Of a stretch of DNA of 64,000 bases, positions 19,241 through 27,209 are shown piece after piece. The translations under genes were made by a program, and so were the position numbers. This DNA is from Acutalibacteraceae bacterium (GTDB lineage: Bacteria > Bacillota > Clostridia > Oscillospirales > Acutalibacteraceae). Each line of letters opens with the position of its first letter. Position 1 is the stretch's first letter. The notes below the pieces were generated by a model that was not told the DNA's origin, made no database searches, and saw nothing but the letters and a program-made list of their open reading frames with translations. Where the stretch lies: assembly GCA_045651765.1 (NCBI GenBank), contig JAZRSY010000008.1, positions 35,388 through 99,387 on the forward strand, written 5' to 3'.

Positions 19241-21979
19241 TTAATCTATATCTTTACCGCAACAGCGTTTATATTTTTTGCCGCTGCCACACGGGCATAA
19301 TGCATTTTTGCTTACTACACCCTTGCCCCTAACGGTTTTAGATACGCTGTCATCGCCGCCGGTGCCGGTTTCTTCGGCCACCTTTTCACGCTTGATTTCG
19401 CGTTTTTCGGCAATTTCGGCCGAAAGCACAACCTTGGCGGTTTCTTCCCTAATGGCATCGGTCAAGGCCGAGAACATATCGTAACTCTCATTTCGGTATT
19501 CTACCACAGGGTTGTGTTGTCCATACGCTCTAAGGCCTATTCCACGGCGCAGTTCATCCATGGCGTCTATATGGTTCATCCAGTGGGTATCCACCGCGCG
19601 AAGCAGAACATAACGCTCAATTTCGCCCACACGCTCGGGGCCGTATTTTTTAACCTTTTGTTCCATTTTAGCCTTGGCCATATTTAACAGATTTGCCGCT
19701 ACTTCACTAGGTGTGGTGTTGGCAAGTTCGGAAACCGTAAACCTTAAATCCTGGTCATTTGTAAGCCAACCGTATGTGTAACGCCTAAGGCCCTCTAAAT
19801 TCCAATTATCGTGCACAACATCGTCGTCTAAATAGGTAGCCACAGCCGAGTTTATGGTGCTTTCGACCATTGACATAACACTGGCGCTAATATCGTCGCC
19901 ATCGAGCACTCTGTTGCGTTGGTTGTAAATAACTTCGCGCTGTTTGTTCATAACATCGTCGTACTCTAACACATTTTTACGGGCGCCAAAGTTGCGGCCC
20001 TCTACGGTTTTTTGGGCGTTTTCTATGGCGTTAGATAAAATAGAGAACTGCAAAGGTATATTTTCGTCTACCTTTAAAGTTTCCATCATATTATAAACCC
20101 TTTCGCCGCCAAACAATCGCATTAAATCGTCTTCGAGCGAAATATAAAATTGTGTATTACCCGGGTCGCCCTGTCTACCAGCACGGCCGCGCAATTGGTT
20201 GTCGATTCGGCGGGATTCGTGCCTTTCGGTACCTATAATGCAAAGACCGCCGGCCTTGCGCACCTGCTCGGCCTCGGGGGCTATTTGATTTTTAAATTCG
20301 GTGTTATATTCTTTAAATTTTTGGCGTGCCGCAATAATATCGGCGTTGGTTGTTTCGGCAAAACCGGTGGCTTCGGCAATAAGTTCTTCGCTTAAGCCCT
20401 CGGCCCTGAGTTTAGATTTTGCCAAATATTCGGCATTACCGCCAAGCATAATATCGGTACCACGGCCGGCCATGTTGGTGGCAATGGTAACGGCGCCTAA
20501 TTTTCCGGCTTGGGCAATAATTTCGGCCTCTTTTTCGTGGTGCTTAGCATTTAAAACATTGTGCTTAATGCCCTGTTTTTTAAGAAGTGAACTTAAAAGT
20601 TCGGATTTTTCTATTGTAACGGTGCCAACAAGCACGGGTTGGCCTTTTTGGTTTGCCTTAATGATTTTTTCAATAACGGCGGCATATTTAGCCCTTTCGG
20701 TTTTAAAGACAACATCGGGTTCGTCCACCCTGGCCAACGGCTTGTTGGTTGGAATTTCTATAACATCCAACTTGTAAATTTCGCGGAATTCTTGTTCTTC
20801 GGTCATGGCGGTACCGGTCATGCCCGAAAGTTTGGTGTAAAGCCTGAAAAAGTTTTGGAAGGTTATGGTGGCCAAGGTTTTAGACTCGTTGGCAACCTTA
20901 ACGCCCTCTTTGGCTTCTATTGCCTGGTGCAGACCCTCGTTATAACGGCGGCCAAGCATTAATCGGCCGGTAAATTCGTCTACAATAATAACCTGACCGT
21001 CTTTTACAACATAGTCGGCATCGCGCTTCATAATGCCATAAGCCTTAATGGCTTGGTTAATGTGGTGCGAAATTGTCATATTTTCGGCATCGTTTAAATT
21101 TTCAATACCAAAATATTGCTCGGCCTTTTTAACGCCAGCAGGGGTTAATGTGCAAGACCTTGCAGTTTCATCCACAACATAGTCGCCATCGAAATTTTGT
21201 TGTTCATCGGTAAGTTTTGAATCGGTCTCTTTAACCTTTATGCCCTTAAAACTCTTGGCCAACTTATTGGCTTTTTCGTACAAATCGGTCGATTTATCGC
21301 CATTGCCTGAAATTATAAGCGGAGTTCTGGCTTCGTCAACTAAAATTGAGTCAACCTCGTCAACAATGGCAAAGTTATGCCCGCGCTGAACTCGTTGCTC
21401 GGCATAAACCACCATGTTATCCCTTAAATAATCAAAACCTAATTCGTTATTAGTGCAATAGGTAATATCAGCGTTATAGGCATCTCTCTTTTCTTCGGGG
21501 TCCATGCCGTGAATAATAAGGCCAACGCTAAAGCCTAAAAATCTATATAATTTGCCCATCCATTCCGAGTCGCGCTTTGCAAGGTAATCGTTGACCGTAA
21601 CAATGTGCACACCCTTGCCCGACAACGCATTTAAATATGCCGGCAGTGTGGCAACCAAGGTTTTGCCTTCGCCTGTTTTCATTTCACTTATGCGGCCTTG
21701 GTGCAGCACAATACCGCCCAAAATTTGTACCGGAAAGTGCTTCATATTAAGCACCCTGTCGGCTGCTTCGCGGCAAACGGCAAAGGCCTCGGGCAAAATG
21801 GAATCAAGGCTTTCACCATTTGCAATTCTTGATTTGAACTCGTCGGTTTTGGCCCTTAAATCTTGGTCAGATAATGCTTTATATTCGGCTTCGTATCCAA
21901 GCACCTTTTGTTGTATTGGGTACAAGCGCTTTAATTCTTTTTCGCTGTAATTTCCAAAAATTTTTTTAAGAAAACTCAT
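19241..21979 (-). CDS. secA: Preprotein translocase ATPase SecA
   Basis: 912 aa. [49 protein letters not shown], and the C-terminal zinc finger [14 protein letters not shown]. Confidence 0.98.
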   Translation of the reverse strand: MSFLKKIFGNYSEKELKRLYPIQQKVLGYEAEYKALSDQDLRAKTDEFKSRIANGESLDSILPEAFAVCREAADRVLNMKHFPVQILGGIVLHQGRISEMKTGEGKTLVATLPAYLNALSGKGVHIVTVNDYLAKRDSEWMGKLYRFLGFSVGLIIHGMDPEEKRDAYNADITYCTNNELGFDYLRDNMVVYAEQRVQRGHNFAIVDEVDSILVDEARTPLIISGNGDKSTDLYEKANKLAKSFKGIKVKETDSKLTDEQQNFDGDYVVDETARSCTLTPAGVKKAEQYFGIENLNDAENMTISHHINQAIKAYGIMKRDADYVVKDGQVIIVDEFTGRLMLGRRYNEGLHQAIEAKEGVKVANESKTLATITFQNFFRLYTKLSGMTGTAMTEEQEFREIYKLDVIEIPTNKPLARVDEPDVVFKTERAKYAAVIEKIIKANQKGQPVLVGTVTIEKSELLSSLLKKQGIKHNVLNAKHHEKEAEIIAQAGKLGAVTIATNMAGRGTDIMLGGNAEYLAKSKLRAEGLSEELIAEATGFAETTNADIIAARQKFKEYNTEFKNQIAPEAEQVRKAGGLCIIGTERHESRRIDNQLRGRAGRQGDPGNTQFYISLEDDLMRLFGGERVYNMMETLKVDENIPLQFSILSNAIENAQKTVEGRNFGARKNVLEYDDVMNKQREVIYNQRNRVLDGDDISASVMSMVESTINSAVATYLDDDVVHDNWNLEGLRRYTYGWLTNDQDLRFTVSELANTTPSEVAANLLNMAKAKMEQKVKKYGPERVGEIERYVLLRAVDTHWMNHIDAMDELRRGIGLRAYGQHNPVVEYRNESYDMFSALTDAIREETAKVVLSAEIAEKREIKREKVAEETGTGGDDSVSKTVRGKGVVSKNALCPCGSGKKYKRCCGKDID

Positions 21980-22057
21980 TTTAATACCTCGTTTAAATCG
22001 GTTTTATAATAGTATAACTTATATTTGTTAATAAATAAAGAATATATCAGCGTTTAT

Positions 22058-23005
22058 TTATAGCAAATATACACCGTTTTCACAATAAAGCCCCGAAGAA
22101 ACCTTAATTTCGCCGTTATTCGTAATAACTATTGCCTCGACAAAGTCTAACTGTTCAATAAGTTCGAGCCCGTTTTTAGCCCCCAATAACACAATGCAGG
22201 TTGAAAGGGCATCGGCTTCGGTGGCCGAATCGCATATTACCGAAGCGCTTATAACATCGGTATTAGCGGGGTAGCCTGTGGAAACATCTAAAATATGGTG
22301 GTATTTTTCATTTCCCACGCTAAAGGCACGTTCGTAGGTGCCTGCCGTGGCCACAGCCTTGTTTTTAAGCCTTACGGTAGCAATGTTGCCGTCGTTGAAA
22401 GGGTTTTTAATGCCTATGTCAGAATATTCCTCACCCAAAAGCAGCACATTGCCGCCCAAATTTATAACGGCGCTTTCCACTTTTTGTTCTTTTAAAAAGG
22501 TGGCTAATTTATCGGCAATATAGCCCTTGGCAATGCCGCCAAAATCTAATTTAGTGCCGTTTGTTTGAACAAAATCGCCATTAATTTCCAACTTGTTAAA
22601 ACCAACACTGCCTAAAGCGGTTAAAACCTGTGATTGCCCCGGCACCTTTTGCTCTTTAAAATCCCAAATACTGCTCAAAGCGCCCACAGTAACATCGAAA
22701 CGCCCACCCGACAAATTAAAAAACCTTTGGGCGCTGCCAATAAGTTCTATGCACTCGGGCGAAACATTTCCTTCACCTTCGGCATTAAGTGCAAAAACCT
22801 CACTGCCCGGAAGGGTTTTAGAAAATTTATTTTCATATTGCTCACATAAGCCAAATGCTTCATTAAGCGTTTGGTAACTGCACGAGGCCGAAATATTTAC
22901 CACAGTGTCTAACATAAATCTTGTGGCCGAATTGTTTTGTTTGGGTGCACAGCCGCAAACCAGCAACATTGCCACAGCCGGCACCAAAGTTAAATATTTT
23001 TTCAT
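22058..23005 (-). CDS. apbE: FAD:protein FMN transferase (ApbE family lipoprotein)
   Basis: 315 aa. Lipobox LLVCGC. FMLDTVV, GGIAKGYIADK and HHILD are typical ApbE motifs. Confidence 0.88.
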   Translation of the reverse strand: MKKYLTLVPAVAMLLVCGCAPKQNNSATRFMLDTVVNISASCSYQTLNEAFGLCEQYENKFSKTLPGSEVFALNAEGEGNVSPECIELIGSAQRFFNLSGGRFDVTVGALSSIWDFKEQKVPGQSQVLTALGSVGFNKLEINGDFVQTNGTKLDFGGIAKGYIADKLATFLKEQKVESAVINLGGNVLLLGEEYSDIGIKNPFNDGNIATVRLKNKAVATAGTYERAFSVGNEKYHHILDVSTGYPANTDVISASVICDSATEADALSTCIVLLGAKNGLELIEQLDFVEAIVITNNGEIKVSSGLYCENGVYLL

Positions 23006-23102
23006 ATTATAAAGTATAACATTATTTTATATTCTTGTAAAGCAAAGAAAAATGTGGTATATTAATATAGATGGTATATTTTATATTTAAGGAGCAAACC
23101 AT

Positions 23103-24941
23103 ATGTGCGGCTTTGTAGGCTTTACAAACGGGGTATCGGATGATGGTACTTTACTTAAAAATATGATGGATAAGATTATCCACCGCGGTCCCGATTCCTC
23201 GGGGCAGTATGTAGATAATAATATTTGCTTGGGCTTTAGAAGACTAAGCATTGTAGATATTGCCGACGGCGACCAACCAATGTTTAATGAAGATGGAAAT
23301 TTAGTTGTTGTTTTTAACGGCGAAATATACAACCACTTAGAACTTAGAAAAAGTTTAATTATAGCCGGACACACCTTTAAAACAAGCCACTCCGACACCG
23401 AGGTTTTATTGCACGGATACGAAGAATATGGTGCCGAATTAGTTAAAAAATTGCGCGGTATGTTTGCGTTTGTAATTTTCAACCGCACAACAGGCGAAAT
23501 TTTCGGCGCAAGGGATATGTTTGGTATAAAGCCGCTTTATTACACCTTTACCGATAATTCCTTTGTTTTCGGCAGCGAAATAAAATCGTTTTTGCCCCAC
23601 CCTGAGTTTAAAAAAGAACTCAACCAAGATGCCCTTGCACACTTTTTATCGTTCCAATATTCGCCCACCGAAGAAACATTTTTTAAGGGCGTTTTCAAAT
23701 TACCGCCTGCCCACTACTTCACATATGATGGCAAAGAACTTGTAAAAACCCGTTATTTTGTGCCCGATTTTAAGGCCGAAGAAGGTTCGCTCGATTATTA
23801 CAGCGACAAGGTTGATGCCGCCGTTAGAGAATCGGTTAAGGCGCACAAAATTGCCGATGTTGAGGTAGGCTCTTTCCTCTCAAGCGGCATAGATTCAAGC
23901 TACATTGCCGAGGCCGCAAATGTTGACAAAACCTTTACCGTTGGATTCGAAAGCCCCGACGGCAATCGCTACAACGAAATTGATTTTGCCAAAAAATTTG
24001 CCGACACAATTAATGTTGAAAACATAAGCAAAATTATTACCCCCGAAGAATATTGGGGCGAATTTGCCAATATTCAGTACCAAATGGACGAGCCTTTGGC
24101 CGACCCCGCCGCCATTGCGTTATATTTTGTTTCAAAATTGGCCAGTGAACATGTAAAGGTTGTTATGTCGGGCGAAGGGGCCGACGAACTTTTTGGTGGC
24201 TACCGCATTTATCAAGAACCGCTAACCCTTACCTATTACGACAGCATTCCCTTCCCAATAAGGCGGTTCATAAGCAAGGCCATTACCGCTTTGCACCTGC
24301 CCAAAAAACACGGCATTAACTACCTTATACGCCGCGGCCTTACAATAGAAGAACGCTTTATTGGTAACGCCAATATTTTCAGCAAAAAAGAACGCGATAA
24401 AATTTTATTAAACGGTAAAAACAGTGTAGCCCCACAAGTGCTTTGCCAAAAGTTTTATAACGAAGCCCAAGGCCTTGACACAGTTACAAAAATGCAATAT
24501 TTAGATATTAATATGTGGCTTATGGGCGATATTTTATTAAAGGCCGACAAAACAAGTATGGCCAACTCGTTAGAATTGCGTGTTCCGTTTTTAGATAAAA
24601 AGGTTATGGAATTGGCCGAAAAAATTCCGCTTTACTGCAGGGTTAACACCAAAACCACCAAATTAGCGCTCAGAAAAGCGGCCGAAAAAACTCTGCCAAA
24701 ACTGACCGCCGAAAAGGACAAACTTGGTTTCCCTGTGCCAATAAGGGTTTGGCTTACTTGGGAAACATACTATAACACCGTTAAAGAAACCTTTTTAAGC
24801 GAAACTGCTAAAAAATATTTTAACACCAAAAAATTAGTGGCTCTGCTTGACCGCCACAAAAGCGGCAAAGAAGATGTCAGCCGCAAAATTTGGACGGTAT
24901 ATACATTTTTAGTTTGGCACAAACAATATTTTGAAGATTAA
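23103..24941 (+). CDS. asnB: Asparagine synthetase, glutamine-hydrolysing
   Basis: 612 aa. The N-terminal nucleophile MCGF (Ntn amidotransferase), a PP-loop-like FLSSGIDSS, and SGEGADELFGGY. A TGgTATATT extended -10-like element lies upstream, at 23056-23064. Confidence 0.94.
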   Translation: MCGFVGFTNGVSDDGTLLKNMMDKIIHRGPDSSGQYVDNNICLGFRRLSIVDIADGDQPMFNEDGNLVVVFNGEIYNHLELRKSLIIAGHTFKTSHSDTEVLLHGYEEYGAELVKKLRGMFAFVIFNRTTGEIFGARDMFGIKPLYYTFTDNSFVFGSEIKSFLPHPEFKKELNQDALAHFLSFQYSPTEETFFKGVFKLPPAHYFTYDGKELVKTRYFVPDFKAEEGSLDYYSDKVDAAVRESVKAHKIADVEVGSFLSSGIDSSYIAEAANVDKTFTVGFESPDGNRYNEIDFAKKFADTINVENISKIITPEEYWGEFANIQYQMDEPLADPAAIALYFVSKLASEHVKVVMSGEGADELFGGYRIYQEPLTLTYYDSIPFPIRRFISKAITALHLPKKHGINYLIRRGLTIEERFIGNANIFSKKERDKILLNGKNSVAPQVLCQKFYNEAQGLDTVTKMQYLDINMWLMGDILLKADKTSMANSLELRVPFLDKKVMELAEKIPLYCRVNTKTTKLALRKAAEKTLPKLTAEKDKLGFPVPIRVWLTWETYYNTVKETFLSETAKKYFNTKKLVALLDRHKSGKEDVSRKIWTVYTFLVWHKQYFED

Positions 24942-24953
24942 TAAATAATAAAT

Positions 24954-24995
24954 CCTCCGTTTGCTAATAATAAAAGCAAAGGGAGGTTTTATTTT
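24954..24995 (+). terminator. asnB terminator hairpin whose 3' arm carries the RBS of the next ORF
   Basis: CCTCCGTTTGCT (24954-24965), a 9-nt loop, then AGCAAAGGGAGG (24975-24986): 12 bp with one mismatch. TTTTATTTT follows, then the ATG at 24996. Confidence 0.7.
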
Positions 24996-25178
24996 ATGCA
25001 AAACAATAATATTTCAAGCTTTGCTAAGGGCACACTTGTTGGTATGGTGGCCGGCGCGGCGCTGCTGGTTGGCGGAAAAATGGTTATGAACAACAACCAC
25101 AATATGTCTAAGGGTTCGAGCAAAGCCATTAAGGCTGTTGGCGAGTTTGTAGATGGCGTCCACACAATGTTTAAATAA
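24996..25178 (+). CDS. Small membrane protein (YtxH-like?), hypothetical
   Basis: 60 aa with one hydrophobic Gly/Ala-rich helix (GTLVGMVAGAALLVGG). GGGAGG RBS 9 nt upstream and a terminator immediately downstream. The RBS is buried in the asnB terminator stem, so expression is uncertain. Confidence 0.5.
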   Translation: MQNNNISSFAKGTLVGMVAGAALLVGGKMVMNNNHNMSKGSSKAIKAVGEFVDGVHTMFK

Positions 25179-25207
25179 AAACACGGGGCTTAAACCCCGT
25201 GTTTTTT
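25177..25207. terminator. Bidirectional intrinsic terminator (small ORF on plus, mazF on minus)
   Basis: AAAACACGGGG-cttaaa-CCCCGTGTTTTTT, an A-run/T-run flanked stem between convergent genes. Confidence 0.85.
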
Positions 25208-25565
25208 AATAAAATTTATTATCGGTTAAACCAAAGCTTACCGAAAGCGCCTTGTCTACCATATTCATATCAGGCACATTTAATGTGCCCATTTTTTCTT
25301 TAAGGCGCTGTTTGTCAATTGTTCTGACCTGCTCAAGCAAGATTATGGAATCACGCGCAAGGCCGCAGCCGTCGGCATTAATTTTAATATGTGTTGGCAG
25401 TTTGCTTTTTTCTTGCTGGCTGGTTATGGCCGCCGCAATTACGGTGGGGCTGTAACGGTTACCAACATCATTCTGAATTATAAGCACGGGCCGAACCCCG
25501 CCCTGCTCTGAGCCTATAACGGGGCTTAAATCGGCATAAAATATATCTCCGCGTTTTACTGTCAT
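25206..25565 (-). CDS. mazF: MazF/PemK/EndoA-family mRNA interferase toxin
   Basis: ORF 25206..25589. The ATG at 25565 ([33 protein letters not shown]...LPTHIKI...[14 protein letters not shown]) is preferred, with GGAG 12 nt upstream. It aligns almost residue for residue with my memory of B. subtilis EndoA/NdoA. Confidence 0.9.
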   Translation of the reverse strand: MTVKRGDIFYADLSPVIGSEQGGVRPVLIIQNDVGNRYSPTVIAAAITSQQEKSKLPTHIKINADGCGLARDSIILLEQVRTIDKQRLKEKMGTLNVPDMNMVDKALSVSFGLTDNKFY

Positions 25566-25678
25566 TTTTATTTCACGCTCCGAAAACATTTGGTAATTAT
25601 ATTTTTACCCATATATTGCTTTTTTAAGCAATTAATAAAAATATTTTTAATATATTCTATGCGTGAAATTTTTTAAGG

Positions 25679-27199
25679 TTATTCTTCTTCGGCTTCTTCG
25701 GCTTCTTCTAAAAGTTCAAAGTCATCCTGCTCAGGTTCATAATAATCGTATTCTTCTAATTCTTCTAATTCTTCTAATTCATCTATCCTTGCTAAACGGT
25801 TTTGTGAAGCCGTTTTAGCAATTTTTACAATCATTATAATAATTAAAGCCAGAACTAATAAACCACTCACAAAAACAGCGCCAACAAAAATGCGTTCTTT
25901 AACCGTTAATGCTGCAAGTCTTGAAGAAAATTTGCTGTTTTCCAATATTTTAGCCTCTGCTAAATCAACATTAAATTCCGGTGAGCGTTGAACACTGCCT
26001 GTTGTTGAATCGTAACGGAAATAATCTTTTATTTCCGAGTTGTATTCGGCATAAAAAATTAAATAATCGGCATAATTGGGGTTTTCGTATTTAAACACCT
26101 CTACCGAATGGCCGCCCAAAACAGCGGTTGTTTTATAATATCCTTTTGGTGTTTCGGTGTTTGGCACTAAATCCAATAGCACATAATTTTGTGATGCTTC
26201 TTTTAACATTCTGTATTCTTTAAATTCCCCTGTGGCAGAAGTGTATTCAAAATATTTAGTAACACTGCCATCGGCATTTTTTGCCATTACAACAACCTTG
26301 TTGTTAACCTCGTTAACAATTGCAGGCACTTCCAGCGAATTAACCATTGTGCTCGAAAGTGTAAATCTTTCTAAAACGGTGCCTTCGGGGTATTCGTTTG
26401 CTAAAATCCATTTTTCTCCGTTAATTGTAACTTCATATGGATTAATATCAAGTGTTGTGCCATCGGCTGTGGCGCGGTTAATGTTAATAACATATTTTTT
26501 CTGTGTACCGTTGGGTGCGGTAACAACAACAATTCTCTGGTTGGCGCCCTCTTTCATATCGGCGGAGCCCTTCACACTGATTCCTGCGCCGGCATCTTCA
26601 GCAATAGCACTAACCAAAACCTTTGTTATGGAATTATCTATGTTAACATTATAGGTGGTAACATCTTTATTAAAGGCGGGTGTGAGTGGTATATTATTTG
26701 AAAGATAGAGCGTTTTTAAGTTAGCATTACTCGATTTTTGGCTGCTGGTGTCGGCAACGTTAACGGTTGCGTTTGAACCCGATACAGTTATCTGGCCAAA
26801 GCCCCTATCGGGAGCCTGAACATAAGAGGCATCGTAAAACTTGAGCGAACACTGACCAATCTTTTTAGTCTTAAAGGTCATTGTCGCGGAAATGGATTTA
26901 ACCTCACCTCCGGTTAGTGCCATTTGAACTCGATTTGTACCTTTAAGATTTACTCCTGCGGTGGAGGAGGAAACATATTCGAGTATGTTTTCATCGAACT
27001 GCAAAAAACCCTCTGCTGAGTACATTTCTTCATCCGCCGTTATTTTTACGGTAACAGTTAGGGTTGAGCCAACATATAATGAATTATTACTTAGTGAAAT
27101 TGAGGTTGAGCCTGCCGCAAATGTGCTGAAGCTGAATGCCGACAGCACAATTATTAATGACATAACTAAAACTACCGATTTTTTTAATATTGATTTCAT
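25679..27199 (-). CDS. Membrane-anchored surface protein: signal peptide, cohesin-like domain, cadherin-like beta-sandwich, C-terminal TM helix and acidic cytoplasmic tail
   Basis: ORF 25679..27268. The ATG at 27199 (MKSILKK...) follows an AAGAGG RBS and avoids overlap with the upstream gene. The cohesin-like segment reads GSTLTVTVKITADEEMYSAEGFLQFDENILEYVS...CSLKFYDASYV. The cadherin-like module reads LKTLYLSNNIPLTPAFNKDVTTYNVNI...QKKYVININR. TM helix IFVGAVFVSGLLVLALIIIMIV, then the tail ELEELEELEEYDYYEPEQDDFELLEEAEEAEEE. Confidence 0.65.
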   Translation of the reverse strand: MKSILKKSVVLVMSLIIVLSAFSFSTFAAGSTSISLSNNSLYVGSTLTVTVKITADEEMYSAEGFLQFDENILEYVSSSTAGVNLKGTNRVQMALTGGEVKSISATMTFKTKKIGQCSLKFYDASYVQAPDRGFGQITVSGSNATVNVADTSSQKSSNANLKTLYLSNNIPLTPAFNKDVTTYNVNIDNSITKVLVSAIAEDAGAGISVKGSADMKEGANQRIVVVTAPNGTQKKYVININRATADGTTLDINPYEVTINGEKWILANEYPEGTVLERFTLSSTMVNSLEVPAIVNEVNNKVVVMAKNADGSVTKYFEYTSATGEFKEYRMLKEASQNYVLLDLVPNTETPKGYYKTTAVLGGHSVEVFKYENPNYADYLIFYAEYNSEIKDYFRYDSTTGSVQRSPEFNVDLAEAKILENSKFSSRLAALTVKERIFVGAVFVSGLLVLALIIIMIVKIAKTASQNRLARIDELEELEELEEYDYYEPEQDDFELLEEAEEAEEE

Positions 27200-27209
27200 A
27201 ACATACCTC

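Noticed and set aside
23056-23081. Direct repeat TGGTATATT ... TGGTATATT upstream of asnB as a regulator binding site.
   Set aside because: It is more simply two overlapping extended -10-like elements in an AT-rich divergent promoter region. There are too few copies to support an operator call.
25566-25678. Search for a MazE-like antitoxin ORF upstream of mazF.
   Set aside because: The only minus-strand ORF in the gap is 14 codons ([14 protein letters not shown]), far too small for a MazE or AbrB-fold antitoxin, so none is annotated.
25681-25790. Short tandem repeats and the 33-nt dockerin repeat as a possible CRISPR array or IS terminal repeats.
   Set aside because: The repeats are in-frame coding repeats of 9 nt or 33 nt with 2-3 copies, they lie inside ORFs, and the window has no spacer-like architecture, cas genes or transposase.
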